From Nemertoderma westbladi (Eukaryota; Animalia; Xenacoelomorpha), in assembly GCA_032718475.1 (NCBI GenBank), contig JAUCBJ010005560.1, positions 1 to 64,000 of the forward strand: a stretch of 64,000 nt of DNA, in the 5' to 3' direction. Of the stretch, positions 27,601 through 42,600 are shown piece after piece. The position numbers were made by a program, and so were the translations under genes. Each line of letters starts with the position of its first letter. Positions within the stretch are counted from its first letter, which is position 1. The notes below the pieces were generated by a model. That model saw only the letters and a list, made by a program, of their open reading frames with translations, did not search any database and was not told where the DNA came from.

Positions 27601-30600
27601 TGCACAAGTGGATCTGTTAGACACTACTGAGTCACGGCAGGACGGAAGGGTTATAAAGGGAGGCCTAAGTAATTTGAATAGCTATAAATGCTGAAATGAG
27701 TAGGCTACCTTGGCTCCTATAACTTCAACAGAAAATAAGATTATCTTTGTACTTTATTTCTGTATTTACGCAGGCTGTAAGCGTGTGCGTAAGTGTCACA
27801 AGGGTAACACTCCGTCTACCCGTCCAGTCGTCTGTGTGTAACTCTCACAAAAATAAATACAGAAATAGTCAGACACTCAGACAGTTTGCAGTTTTAGCTT
27901 ACAAAAAGTATGGCGGTTTCTTTAGCGTAACTCCGTATTCGTTTAGCGCTAATGCCAAGTCGTCGGTAGTCAATAAACTCTGTCGTTTGTCTCGCGATAT
28001 TTTCTTGGTTACCAACTGCTGGTTTCCTCGCATCTTACTGTGTTGCATGGCATCGACGACCACGTCCGATACGAACTTCTGAGCGGCCAAAGCGACCACT
28101 CGCACGACTCGAGGGTCGCTGCAGTTGAACCCCGATTTGTTGAGGTAGTGACAGCAGACAGCGTCGGGGATTGTAGGCGTGTAGTCGCTGAGTTGGAGCA
28201 TAAGATCTGTGAGCTGTTCGCCCGGTTGGTATGTAGAGTCTTCCGGGTCCGATTGTGTTTCTTCTGGTTCCTCTTTTATTTGGGATATATCGGTAATTTC
28301 AATATTATTTTCAATGCTATCAGACATACCAGCTTTCCGCAGAACCGACAATAAAGTGGTAATAAAGCTACTAGGCCTAATTGGTAGACCTACTGCAGTA
28401 CTGCAGTACTGACAACTGGACAATATGCAGATATGAGTGCTAATACTGTAATATGAGGACCTCCTCCTCTATGCAGCTATGTCTGTACGTTACTCTACTG
28501 GTATGGTGTGGTGGCCCAGAAGGGACAACTTAAAAAAATATTTCATTTCGAGTACGGTAAAAAAAAAAACGACAAAAACAAATTATTCATGAAATTCTTG
28601 TTTTTGTCGTTTTTTTTTATTTCACCACAAATAAAAAAAACGACAAAAACGAAATTTGGTTTCAAGTAAGGAAGGTTTTGAGAGGGAGATTTAAAACAGA
28701 ATTTAGGCCTACATGCTTGTTTTGGTAAATCCAAAAATGGATATCTTAATTCCGGCGTATTATTACCTACGTTTTACTGTTAGAGATACAAGGGTGCTAT
28801 TGAAGGGTGCTGTGTGGGCTGCAGCCCACGGCCCAAGCGACTGAATCAGCCCTTTCAAAAACTTACTACCGGAAGCCGGAAGTCCCCATGAAGCCGGAAT
28901 TTTCGATTTCGCCTTTAAATTTTTTTAATAAGCGTTTTAAAAAAGTGTCTTTTTCGAAATCACACCCTCCATATCGTGGCCATTCTTCACATTAGTCGTA
29001 ATTTTTTCATATCATTGGAAAGCTTGCGTTACAAGGATTCCAAATATGTAACAATATCTGAATTTCGTTGAGAAACAGCTGAGAAATAGGCGTTTAAAGA
29101 TTGCAAGAATTATTGTTCGCTGCAGGCCATTTATTATATTTAATAAATACACAATGTTCTGGAACATTTTGTTTAAATATGAATAGCTACGCAATAGATA
29201 TACTGGATAGGAATACCGCTGTTGCCAATGCCAACTAACTCATAAAATAAATAAGACGTTCTAGAATTTTGTGTATTTATTAGAGAATAAATGGCCTACA
29301 GCCAATGATCGTTCTTGCAATCTTTGAACGCCTATCTCAGCTGTTTCTCAAAGAAATTCAAACATTGTTACATATTTGGAATCCTTGTAACACAAGCTTT
29401 TTAATAATATGAAAAAATTACGACAAATGTGAAGAATGGCCACGATATTGAGGGTGCGATTTCGCAAAAGACACTTTTTTAAAACGCTTATAAAAAAAAT
29501 TAAAGGGAAAATCGAAAATTCCGGCTTCACGGGGTTAACGATGGTGAGTTGAACTAGTTCTGTTTCAAATTTCAAGCAATATGATAAAGATTTGTAGAAA
29601 AAACTGGGGGGGGGGGGGGGGGTCCGTGTCATCAGAAAATAACACTACAGTATATTACGGGACATGGTGTAGTACAGTTGTAGTACTACTGTAAATAGTA
29701 ATACAATAATAATACCTGTCAGCCTGTGTAGGACCTGATGTCTGTTGCACTGTGGTAAAGCAAGGAACAAAAACCTTAACGGCAATCGATTTAAGACCTC
29801 ACAAAAACTCTGTCTGAGCCCTGAGGTCTAGAATAGGGCCTATACTGTATGTGCCAGGTATCAATCAGCAAGAAAGGGTTTATAAACAATAATACGAAAT
29901 GGTTGAAGGTTTTCATTTCAGGCATCTCTAAAATGTTTTTATTTCAGCCAGCTAGCGGTAGAATGAAGTACCGCTGAGGGATTACCGTTCCAACAAATGG
30001 ATGGTCTGGAGTACAATAACTAGACATTTTTAAAGTCAGTCACCCTTTTCAAACGGACATTTCAAGTTATATAGTTTTACTCAGTATGGTAAGGCTTTCT
30101 GTTGAATTAGTTACATTTCGTAACTTTATTTTGTGATTCTATAGATGGAGGATGCCGTTCGAAACCTGAAGACATTAGAAAGCAATTGGCGAACTGTTGA
30201 AGTCGAGAAGGGAAGGTTGTCTGGCCAAGTGAATCATCTGGAGACTGAGGTTGACAAACACATGGCGATGTACAGGGAGTCCGAGCTAAAGGTGAGAGAA
30301 TCTCTTCTTTTGATAATTATTTTTACTGTATAAAGCAATTACAAACTAATATGAGATAAGGGCTCGTGTCGCGTTTTTCCATATCCCTTGCCTGGCTCCC
30401 TACATCTTACCTTTTTTTAATCCAAAAACGTTTTATTGGAATTAATTATGGTGGCTTAAGATCTTGATGAATTATTGTAGCATGGCGGCGTCGTTCTACT
30501 GTACGTACTGTACAATACCACCCGACTAATTCTCAGCCGATCAACGTCTTGTAAGTTAAATAAAATGTTTGTCTTACAAAGGTTTCTTCTCCACCCTATC

Positions 30601-33600
30601 TAAACGTTTATTTTCATTTGATTTATAAAGTACAGTACTAGAACTATAGTAATAAACGTTTACAAATATTGACGCAATGAGGGACTTATTCTTGACTGAT
30701 ATGGTAATAATGCCGGAAGCGATAGTTATTGACAATGCTAACATCGTGTTAATTGGTTCTTTGTGGACTTTATTTGTTCGCGGCGCGGTAAATCTTTATT
30801 ATATAAATCGGCGGATACAATTTAGTGTAGATTACATCATCAATGGAAAACATTATACGCGATGGGAAGTACATCAAATTTAATTAAACTAAGATTCGTA
30901 ACGCTATTACCAAGAAGGTATTAATTATTTGTAATATTTTATTCAATCTCACCAATTATTGTACTTGTTCTACTATTCGTTTAATTATCACCTTAATAAA
31001 ACGAATTATCAACATATCGTATAAACAAAAATGCTTTTACTAGCAATGGCATTGATATTCCCAGTTTTTTCGCATACTGCAAATATTGACGTTGCTGACA
31101 AACTTAAAGAGAAAGCCGAAAACGCGAGTTACAACCTGTTTTCTCGGCCGCTATCCGTAGACGGGGGTCCTCTGGTGGTGGAAGTAGGTGTCGGTATCTA
31201 CGCGATGGGCGAAATCGACGATTACGGTATGTCCTTCAGTACCGACTTCTTCTTACGGATGTGGTGGCGCGATCCCCGACTCGCTTTCGATGACGCGATT
31301 TTCTGCGACGATGCCAATTTAGTGCGCGACGATTACGTGAGCGTGGGCTCCGGGATATCCGATCTGATCTGGAGACCCGATCTTTTCTTGGCCAACACCT
31401 TGAAGTTAACGATCTTCAATGAGCCAATGCCAAATCGAAAAGTAGCTTTTTACCCCGACGGAAGCATCATGCTCTCTCAGCGATTGAGCGCCCAAACGAA
31501 ATGTCACTTTGACTTTACATTCTACCCGATGGATACACAGTATTGCGATCTTACCATGGAGAGTTACACCTACGATGTAAAAGAAGTGGTTTACAAATTC
31601 AGACAAAAACATGCTGTGGAGATCTCAGAAGTTATCCAGTTCGCTGAACACGAAAACATCAGCATGAATAACGACCAGATAAGATGGTCCGAAGTTACCC
31701 GTAGCAGTTCTCTGGGTGATTATTCCTCTCTAACAATCTCCTTTACTTTCACTAGACTCACCGGCTCCTCCTTCGTCAGCATCTACTTCCCGGTCAACCT
31801 CGCCGTGACCATGTCGTGGATCGGTTTCTGGGTGGATCGTAAAGCCACACCAGCACGTTCAGCTCTCGTTATTACCACCATCCTCACCCTCACAACCATC
31901 GTTCTACAGACCTACTCCCGACTCCCCAATGTCGCCTACGTTACCGCTTTGGATGTCGCCTTTGTTGTCGCTCTCTTGTTTGCTTTTGGTGCCCTTGTCG
32001 AGTTCGCTATCGTATCAAATTGCGGGAAAAAGTTCGATGATACCATGGAGAAATACAAATTCGTACTTGTACTGACTCCAGGGGACGATATGGCCTCGAA
32101 AATTGATAATGTCTGTAAAATTATCTTTCCTCTATCCTATGGAACTTTTCTTATTGCTTATTTTTCTTCTTATTTTTTAACGAGATAAACATAACAATTT
32201 ATCTTTAAGGATTGGGTTCGGGTTTAATATAGTTTCAATGTTTCATTGCTTCTTTTGCAATAATTATTCACAAGAATTAATAATGAACATACTGTATAGC
32301 TAGCCGTTAAAGGCTAAATAAAGCTACAGTAGTCTATCTACTGTATTATATATTTATTGGTCTCAATGTCATGCTGGCGTGATATTTTGTCCCATAAATA
32401 ATATTCTGTACCTACTTTATAGTGTGTTTCTTAAAACGTGTAATAATGTGGTAAATTATTCAGTATAATTCGTATCATAAATATACTTATTAATATTAAT
32501 TGTTTACATCTAAATTTGTTTTTTTTTATTGACACAAATTCCGCCAAAAAAATGACCATAAAAATCAGAATTTTTGGTAAAATTATCCCCATTTTATGTG
32601 CGTGTCCTAATATTATACATCAACATAAATAGGAAATGTTGAACGTTCTCTGGAGACTGGGATATTTGTTATACGAACTGGGATATTATGGACATTGTCC
32701 ATAGGCCTACTGTTGGACGCACCTAACTTCAGTACCGCCACGGGTTGTATTTTACGGGAAGAGACAGACGGTGAGACGGCTATGCGCCTTTCGCGCCAAA
32801 TCTAAGCCCCGAGCAATCTTTTCCGGATAATAACTTAACTAAGTGACTGTCTAAGTGTCTGGCTGATTATGAAGATCATGAAACTGTAACCTTCGCTAAG
32901 ACTACCGTTTATTGTTTCGGTTGGAATCATTGGTAATTATTCCGAGAAAATCCGAGGATACAAAATATGATGCGGCCAGAGGAAAGGAGCATATGTATAG
33001 AAATTTATCATGCAATGTAACACCGTAACTATTAATTGGCGGCTCGTTGATGTAATGTAATGGACTTACCGGTGCCGGAAATGGCAAACATTACAATTAA
33101 AATAGCTTTTGTCAATGCGTTTTTCAAAATTTAAGTTCAACCCTTTTCCGCTTTCAGATTCTATAGATTCATATTACGAAATTTTAGAAATTCTACCAAG
33201 AAGATCATATTGTTTTTAATTGTTTCATATAATATGCGGTTTGTCATATCGTACGTTTTGCAATAAACGTCAAAGTTTATCTTCCAAAGTTTATTCAAGG
33301 TGATTGTGTGCTATATTAAAGTAAGAAGCAATAAATTGTGCTTAATTGACGCCGTTTGTTAAAAATACATTATACAGTACGATATTGTACCTGAAATGAA
33401 GTATATCAGTAGGGCTACACCTTTTGGCCTCGCCTCACAACTAATTCGCTAATCGGTCGTTGAGTGACCGTTTCGTAACGGGTTTAACAAACTCGTCGTT
33501 TCTAGTTATGCGAACTTCATCACCGGTAATTTATTATTTATCAATTCCAGAACAAAAATTTAGAGAGAAAGGCAATACTTATAGATGATGAGTTAACCGC

Positions 33601-36600
33601 CGTTAAATCAGATTGCACAGATGCCCAAATAGAAGCTGATAAGGCGAAGGCTTGTTTAGAAGAACTCAAGAGGTCCAATTACTTGTCTCAGTCTACGTTA
33701 ACATCTGAGGTTGGAATTTAATCAATGTTATTAAAGTTATTTATTTATTTATTCCCACAATGGTGTAGTGGTTTTTTCCGTGGCCTTGAATTCCCATATC
33801 TGATTTCAAAGATCGGGAGTTCGAAAACCAAAATAGAACCAGGGTAGTTTCCCAGAGATCGTGGATTCGAGAACCAAATAGAACCAGTGTAGTTTCCCAG
33901 AGATCGTGAGTTCGAGATCCAATAGAACCAGGGTAGTTTCCCATAGATCGTGGGTTCGAGAACCAATAGAACCAGTGTAGTTTCCCAGAGATCGTGGGTT
34001 CGAGAACCAAATAGAACCAGGGTAGTTTTCCAGAGATCGTGGGTTCGAGAACCAAATAGAACCAGGGTAGTTTTCCAGAAATCGTGAGTTCGAGATCCAA
34101 TAGAACCAGTGTAGTTTCCCAGAGATCGTAAGTTCGAGATCCAATAGAACAAGGGTAGTTTCCCAGAGATCGTGGGTTCGAGATCCAATAGAACCAGGGT
34201 AGTTTCCCAGAGATCGTGAGTTCGAGATCCAATAGAACCAGTGTAGTTTCCCAGAGATCGTGAGTTCGAGATCCAATAGAACCAGGGTAGTTTCCCAGAG
34301 ATCGTGGGTTCGAGATCCAATAGAACCAGGGTAGTTTCCCAGAGATCGTGAGTTCGAGATCCAATAGAACCAGGGTAGTTTCCCAGAGATCGTGAGTTCG
34401 AGATCCAATAGAACCAGGGTAGTTTCCCAGAGATCGTGGGTTCGAGAACCAAATAGAACCAGGGTAGTTTCCCAGAGATCGTGGGTTCGAGAACCAAATA
34501 GAACCAGTGTAGTTTCCCAGAGATCGTGGGTTCGAGAACCAAATAGAACCAGTGTAGTTTCCCAGAGATCGTGGGTTCGAGAACCAAATAGAACCAGGGT
34601 AGTTTCCCAGAGATCGTGGGTTCGAGAACCAAATAGAACCAGTGTAGTTTCCCAGAGATCGTGGGTTCGAGATCCAAATAGAACCAGTGTAGTTTCCCAG
34701 AGATCGTGGGTTCGAGATCCAATAGAACCAGGGTAGTTTCCCAGAGATCGTGGGTTCGAGAACCAAATAGAACCAGGGTAGTTTCCCAGAGATCGTGGGT
34801 ACGACAACCAAATAGAACCAGGGTAGTTTCCCAGAGATCGTGGGTTCGAAAACCAAATAGAACCAGTGTAGTTTCCCAGAGATCGTGGGTTCGAGAACCA
34901 AATAGAACCAGGGTAGTTTCCCAGAGATCGTGTGTTCGAGAACCAAATAGAACCAGTGTAGTTTCCCAGAGATCGTGGGTTCGAGAACCAAATAGAACCA
35001 GTGTAGTTTCCCAGAGATCGTGGGTTCGAAAACCAAATAGAACCAGTGTAGTTTCCCAGAGATCGTGGGTTCGAGAACCAAATAGAACCAGGGTAGTTTC
35101 CCAGAGATCGTGGGTTCGAGAACCAAATAGAACCAGTGTAGTTTCCCAGAGATCGTGGGTTCGAGAACCAAATAGAACCAGTGTAGTTTCCCAGAGATCG
35201 TGGGTTCGAAAACCAAATAGAACCAGTGTAGTTTCCCAGAGATCGTGGGTTCGAGATCCAATAGAACCAGGGTAGTTTCCCAGAGATCGTGGGTACGAGA
35301 ACCAAATAGAACCAGTGTAGTTTCCCAGAGATCGTGGGTTCGAGAACCAAATAGAACCAGGGTAGTTTTCCAGAGATCGTGAGTTCGAGATCCAATAGAA
35401 CCAGTGTAGTTTCCCAGAGATCGTAAGTTCGAGATCCAATAGAACCAGGGTAGTTTCCCAGAGATCGTGGGTTCGAGATCCAATAGAACCAGGGTAGTTT
35501 CCCAGAGATCGTGAGTTCGAGATCCAATAGAACCAGTGTAGTTTCCCAGAGATCGTGAGTTCGAGATCCAATAGAACCAGGGTAGTTTCCCAGAGATCGT
35601 GGGTTCGAGATCCAATAGAACCAGGGTAGTTTCCCAGAGATCGTGAGTTCGAGATCCAATAGAACCAGGGTAGTTTCCCAGAGATCGTGAGTTCGAGATC
35701 CAATAGAACCAGGGTAGTTTCCCAGAGATCGTGGGTTCGAGAACCAAATAGAACCAGGGTAGTTTCCCAGAGATCGTGGGTTCGAGAACCAAATAGAACC
35801 AGTGTAGTTTCCCAGAGATCGTGGGTTCGAGAACCAAATAGAACCAGTGTAGTTTCCCAGAGATCGTGGGTTCGAGAACCAAATAGAACCAGGGTAGTTT
35901 CCCAGAGATCGTGGGTTCGAGAACCAAATAGAACCAGTGTAGTTTCCCAGAGATCGTGGGTTCGAGATCCAAATAGAACCAGTGTAGTTTCCCAGAGATC
36001 GTGGGTTCGAGATCCAATAGAACCAGGGTAGTTTCCCAGAGATCGTGGGTTCGAGAACCAAATAGAACCAGGGTAGTTTCCCAGAGATCGTGGGTTCGAC
36101 AACCAAATAGAACCAGGGTAGTTTCCCAGAGATCGTGGGTTCGAAAACCAAATAGAACCAGTGTAGTTTCCCAGAGATCGTGGGTTCGAGAACCAAATAG
36201 AACCAGGGTAGTTTCCCAGAGATCGTGTGTTCGAGAACCAAATAGAACCAGTGTAGTTTCCCAGAGATCGTGGGTTCGAGAACCAAATAGAACCAGTGTA
36301 GTTTCCCAGAGATCGTGGGTTCGAAAACCAAATAGAACCAGTGTAGTTTCCCAGAGATCGTGGGTTCGAGAACCAAATAGAACCAGGGTAGTTTCCCAGA
36401 GATCGTGGGTTCGAGAACCAAATAGAACCAGTGTAGTTTCCCAGAGATCGTGGGTTCGAGAACCAAATAGAACCAGTGTAGTTTCCCAGAGATCGTGGGT
36501 TCGAAAACCAAATAGAACCAGTGTAGTTTCCCAGAGATCGTGGGTTCGAGAACCAAATAGAACCAGGGTAGTTTCCCAGAGATCGTGTGTTCGAGAACCA

Positions 36601-39600
36601 AATAGAACCAGGGTAGTTTCCCAGAGATCGTGGGTTCGAAAACCAAATAGAACCAGTGTAGTTTCCCAGAGATCGTGGGTTCGAGAACCAAATAGAACCA
36701 GGGTAGTTTCCCAGAGATCGTGTGTTCGAGAACCAAATAGAACCAGTGTAGTTTCCCAGAGATCGTGGGTTCGAGAACCAAATAGAACCAGTGTAGTTTC
36801 CCAGAGATCGTGGGTTCGAGAACCAATAGAACCAGTGTAGTTTCCCAGAGATCGTGGGTTCGAGAACCAAATAGAACCAGTGTAGTTTCCCAGAGATCGT
36901 GGGTTCGATATCCAATAGAACCAGTGTAGTTTCCCAGAGATCGTGGGTTCGAGAACCAAATAGAACCAGGGTAGTTTCCCAGAGATCGTGTGTTCGAGAA
37001 CCAAATAGAACCAGTGTAGTTTCCCAGAGATCGTGGGTTCGAGATCCAATAGAACCAGGGTAGTTTCCCAGATATCGTGGGTTCGAGATCCAATAGAACC
37101 AGGGTAGTTTCCCATAGAGCGTGGGTTCGAGATCCAATAGAACCAGGGTAGTTTCCCAGAGATCGTGGGTACGAGAACCAAATAGAACCAGTGTAGTTTC
37201 CCAGAGATCGTGGGTTCGAGAACCAAATAGAACCAGGGTAGTTTCCCAAAGATCGTGGGTTCGAGAACCAATAGAACCAGTGTAGTTTCCCAGAGATCGT
37301 GGGTTCGAGAACCAAATAGAACCAGTGTAGTTTCCCAGAGATCGTGGGTTCGAGAACCAAATAGAACCAGTGTAGTTTCCCAGAGATCGTGGGTTCGAGA
37401 ACCAAATAGAACCAGTGTAGTTTCCCAGAGATCGTAGGTTCGAGAACCAAATAGAACCAGGGTAGTTTCCCCGAGATCGTGGGTTCGAGAACCAAATAGA
37501 ACCAGTGTAGTTTCCCAGAGATCGTGGGTTCGAGAACCAAATAGAACCAGTGTAGTTTCCCCGAGATCGTGGGTTCGAGAACCAAATAGAACCAGTGTAG
37601 TTTCCCAGAGATCGTGGGTTCGAGAACCAAATAGAACCAGTGTAGTTTCCCAGAGATCGTAGGTTCGAGAACCAAATAGAACCAGTGTAGTTTCCCAGAG
37701 ATCGTGGGTTCGAGAACCAAATAGAACCAGTGTAGTTTCCCAGAGATCGTAGGTTCGAGAACCAAATAGAACCAGTGTAGTTTCCCAGAGATCGTGGGTT
37801 CGAGAACCAAATAGAACCAGGGTAGTTTCCCAGAGATCGTGGGTTCGAGAACCAAATAGAACCAGGGTAGTTTCCCAGAGATCGTGGGTTCGAGATCCAA
37901 TAGAACCAGGGTAGTTTCCCAGAGATCGTGGGTTCGACAACCAAATAGAACCAGGGTAGTTTCCCAGAGATCGTGGGTTCGAGAACCAAATAGAACCAGG
38001 GTAGTTTCCCAGAGATCATGGGTTCGAGAACCAAATAGAACCAGGGTAGTTTCCCAGAGATCGTGGGTTCGAGAACCAAATAGAACCAGGGTAGTTTCCC
38101 AGAGATCATGGGTTCGAGAACCAATAGAACCAGTGTAGTTTCCCAGAGATCGTGGGTTCGAGAACCAAATAGAACCAGTGTAGTTTCCCAGAGATCGTGG
38201 GTTCGAGATCCAATAGAACCAGGGTAGTTTCCCAGAGATCGTGGGTTCGAGAACCAAATAGAACCAGGGTAGTTTCCCAGAGATCGTGGGTTCGACAACC
38301 AAATAGAACCAGGGTAGTTTCCCAGAGATCGTGGGTTCGAGAACCAAATAGAACCAGGGTAGTTTCCCAGAGATCATGGGTTCGAGAACCAAATAGAACC
38401 AGGGTAGTTTCCCAGAGATCGTGGGTTCGAGAACCAAATAGAACCAGGGTAGTTTCCCAGAGATCATGGGTTCGAGAACCAAATAGAACCAGGGTAGTTT
38501 CCCCGAGATCGTGGGTTCGAGAACCAAATAGAACCAGTGTAGTTTCCCAGAGATCGTGGGTTCGAGATCCAATAGAACCAGGGTAGTTTCCCAGAGATCG
38601 TGTGTTCGAGAACCAAATAGAACCAGGGTAGTTTCCCAGAGATCGTGGGTTCGAGAACCAAATAGAACCAGTGTAGTTTCCCAGAGATCGTGGGTTCGAG
38701 AACCAAATAGAACCAGTGTAGTTTCCCAGAGATCGTGGGTTCGAGAACCAAATAGAACCAGGGTAGTTTCCCAGAGATCGTGGGTTCGACAACCAAATAG
38801 AACCAGGGTAGTTTCCCAGAGATCGTGGGTTCGAGAACCAAATAGAACCAGGGTAGTTTCCCAGAGATCATGGGTTCGAGAACCAAATAGAACCAGGGTA
38901 GTTTCCCAGAGATCGTGGGTTCGAGAACCAAATAGAACCAGGGTAGTTTCCCAGAGATCATGGGTTCGAGAACCAAATAGAACCAGGGTAGTTTCCCCGA
39001 GATCGTGGGTTCGAGAACCAAATAGAACCAGTGTAGTTTCCCAGAGATCGTGGGTTCGAGATCCAATAGAACCAGGGTAGTTTCCCAGAGATCGTGTGTT
39101 CGAGAACCAAATAGAACCAGGGTAGTTTCCCAGAGATCGTGGGTTCGAGAACCAAATAGAACCAGTGTAGTTTCCCAGAGATCGTGGGTTCGAGATCCAA
39201 TAGAACCAGGGTAGTTTCCCAGAGATCGTGTGTTCGAGAACCAAATAGAACCAGGGTAGTTTCCCAGAGATCGTGGGTTCGAGAACCAAATAGAACCAGG
39301 GTAGTTTCCCAGAGATCGTGGGTTCGACAACCAAATAGAACCAGGGTAGTTTCCCAGAGATCGTGGGTTCGAGAACCAAATAGAACCAGGGTAGTTTCCC
39401 AGAGATCATGGGTTCGAGAACCAAATAGAACCAGGGTAGTTTCCCAGAGATCGTGGGTTCGAGAACCAATAGAACCAGGGTAGTTTCCCAGAGATCGTGG
39501 GTTCGAGAACCAAATAGAACCAGTGTAGTTTCCCAGAGATCGTGGGTTCGAGAACCAATAGAACCAGGGTAGTTTTCCAGAGATCGTGGGTTCGAGAACC

Positions 39601-42600
39601 AATAGAACCAGGGTAGTTTTCCAGAGATCGTGGGTTCGAGAACCAAATAGAACCAGTGTAGTTTCCCAGAGATCGTGGGTTCGAGAACCAATAGAACCAG
39701 GGTAGTTTCCCAGAGATCGTGGGTTCGAGAACCAAATAGAACCAGGGTAGTTTCCCAGAGATCATGGGTTCGAGAACCAAATAGAACCAGGGTAGTTTCC
39801 CAGAGATCGTGGGTTCGAGAACCAATAGAACCAGGGTAGTTTCCCAGAGATCGTGGGTTCGAGAACCAAATAGAACCAGTGTAGTTTCCCAGAGATCGTG
39901 GGTTCGAGAACCAATAGAACCAGGGTAGTTTTCCAGAGATCGTGGGTTCGAGAACCAATAGAACCAGGGTAGTTTTCCAGAGATCGTGGGTTCGAGAACC
40001 AAATAGAACCAGTGTAGTTTCCCAGAGATCGTGGGTTCGAGAACCAATAGAACCAGGGTAGTTTTCCAGAGATCGTGGGTTCGAGAACCAATAGAACCAG
40101 GGTAGTTTTCCAGAGATCGTGGGTTCGAGATCCAATAGAACCAGGGTAGTTTCCCAGAGATCGTGGGTTCGAGATCCAATAGAACCAGGGTAGTTTCCCA
40201 GAGATCGTGGGTTCGAGAACCAAATAGAACCGGGTTAGTTTCCCATAGATCGTGGGTTCGAGATCCAATAGAACCAGGGTAGTTTTCCAGAGATCGTGGG
40301 TTCGAGAACCAATAGAACCAGGGTAGTTTTCCAGAGATCGTGGGTTCGAGAACCAAATAGAACCAGGGTAGTTTCCCAGAGATCGTGGGTTCGAGAACCA
40401 AATAGAACCAGGGTAGTTTCCCAGAGATCGTGGGTTCGAGAACCAAATAGAACCAGTGTAGTTTCCCAGAGATCGTGGGTTCGAGAACCAAATAGAACCA
40501 GTGTAGTTTCCCAGAGATCGTGGGTTCGAGAACCAAATAGAACCAGGGTAGTTTCCCAGAGATCGTGGGTTCGAGAACCAAATAGAACCAGGGTAGTTTC
40601 CCAGAGATCGTGGGTACGAGAACCAATAGAACCAGTGTAGTTTCCCAGAGATCGTGGGTTCGAGAACCAATAGAACCAGTGTAGTTTCCCAGAGATCGTG
40701 GGTTCGAGAACCAATAGAACCAGTGTAGTTTCCCAGAGATCGTGGGTTCGAGAACCAAATAGAACCAGTGTAGTTTCCCAGAGATCGTGGGTTCGAGAAC
40801 CAAATAGAACCAGGGTAGTTTCCCAGAGATCGTGGGTTCGAGAACCAAATAGAACCAGGGTAGTTTCCCAGAGATCGTGGGTACGAGAACCAATAGAACC
40901 AGTGTAGTTTCCCAGAGATCGTGGGTTCGAGAACCAATAGAACCAGTGTAGTAGTTTCCCATAGATCGTGGGTTCGAGAACCAAATAGAACCAGTGTAGT
41001 TTCCCAGAGATCGTGGGTTCGAGATCCAATAGAACCAGGGTAGTTTCCCATAGATCGTGGGTTCGAGAACCAATAGAACCAGTGTAGTTTCCCAGAGATC
41101 GTGGGTTCGAGAACCAATAGAACCAGTGTAGTAGTTTCCCATAGATCGTGGGTTCGAGAACCAAATAGAACCAGTGTAGTTTCCCAGAGATCGTGGGTTC
41201 GAGATCCAATAGAACCAGGGTAGTTTCCCATAGATCGTGGGTTCGAGAACCAAATAGAACCAGGGTAGTTTCCCAGAGATCGTGGGTTCGAGATCCAAAT
41301 AGAACCAGGGTAGTTTCCCATAGATCGTGGGTTCGAGAACCAAATAGAACCAGTGTAGTTTCCCAGAGATCGTGGGTTCGAGAACCAATAGAACCAGTGT
41401 AGTTTCCCAGAGATCGTGGGTTCGAGAACCAAATAGAACCAGTGTAGTTTCCCAGAGATCGTGGGTTCGAGAACCAATAGAACCAGTGTAGTTTCCCAGA
41501 GATCGTGGGTTCGAGAACCAAATAGAACCAGGGTAGTTTCCCATAGATCGTGGGTTCGAGAACCAAATAGAACCAGTGTAGTTTCCCAGAGATCGTGGGT
41601 TCGAGAACCAAATAGAACCAGTGTAGTTTCCCAGAGATCGTGTGTTCGAGAACCAAATAGAACCAGTGTAGTTTCCCAGAGATCGTGGGTTCGAGAACCA
41701 ATAGAACCAGTGTAGTTTCCCAGAGATCGTGGGTTCGAGATCCAATAGAACCAGTGTAGTTTCCCAGAGATCGTGGGTTCGAGAACCAAATAGAACCAGT
41801 GTAGTTTCCCAGAGATCGTGGGTTCGAGAACCAAATAGAACCAGTGTAGTTTCCCATAGATCGTGGGTTCGAGAACCTAATAGAACCAGGGTAGTTTCCC
41901 AGAGATCGTGGGTTCGAAAACCAAATAGAACCAGTGTAGTTTCCCAGAGATCGTGGGTACGAGAACCAAATAGAACCAGTGTAGTTTCCCAGATATCGTG
42001 GGTTCGAGAACCAATAGAACCAGTGTAGTTTCCCATAGATCGTGGGTTCGAGATCCAATAGAACCAGGGTAGTTTCCCATAGATCGTGGGTTCGAGAACC
42101 AAATAGAACCAGTGTAGTTTCCCATAGATCGTGGGTTCGAGATCCAATAGAACCAGGGTAGTTTCCCATAGATCGTGGGTTCGAGAACCAAATAGAACCA
42201 GTGTAGTTTCCCAGAGATCGTGGGTTCGAAAATCAAATAGAACCAGGGTAGTTTCCCAGAGATCGTGGGTTCGAGAAGCAAATAGAACCAGAGTAGTTTC
42301 CCAGAGATCGTGGGTTCGAGAACCAATAGAACCAGGGTAGTTTCCCAGAGATCGTGGGTTCGAGAACCAATAGAACCAGTGTAGTTTCCCAGAGATCGTG
42401 GGTTCGAAAACCAAATAGAACCAGTGTAGTTTCCCAGAGATCGTGGGTTCGAAAACCAAATAGAACCAGTGTAGTTTCCCAGAGATCGTGGGTACGAGAA
42501 CCAAATAGAACCAGTGTAGTTTCCCAGATATCGTGGGTTCGAGAACCAATAGAACCAGTGTAGTTTCCCAGAGATCGTGGGTTCGAAAACCAAATAGAAC

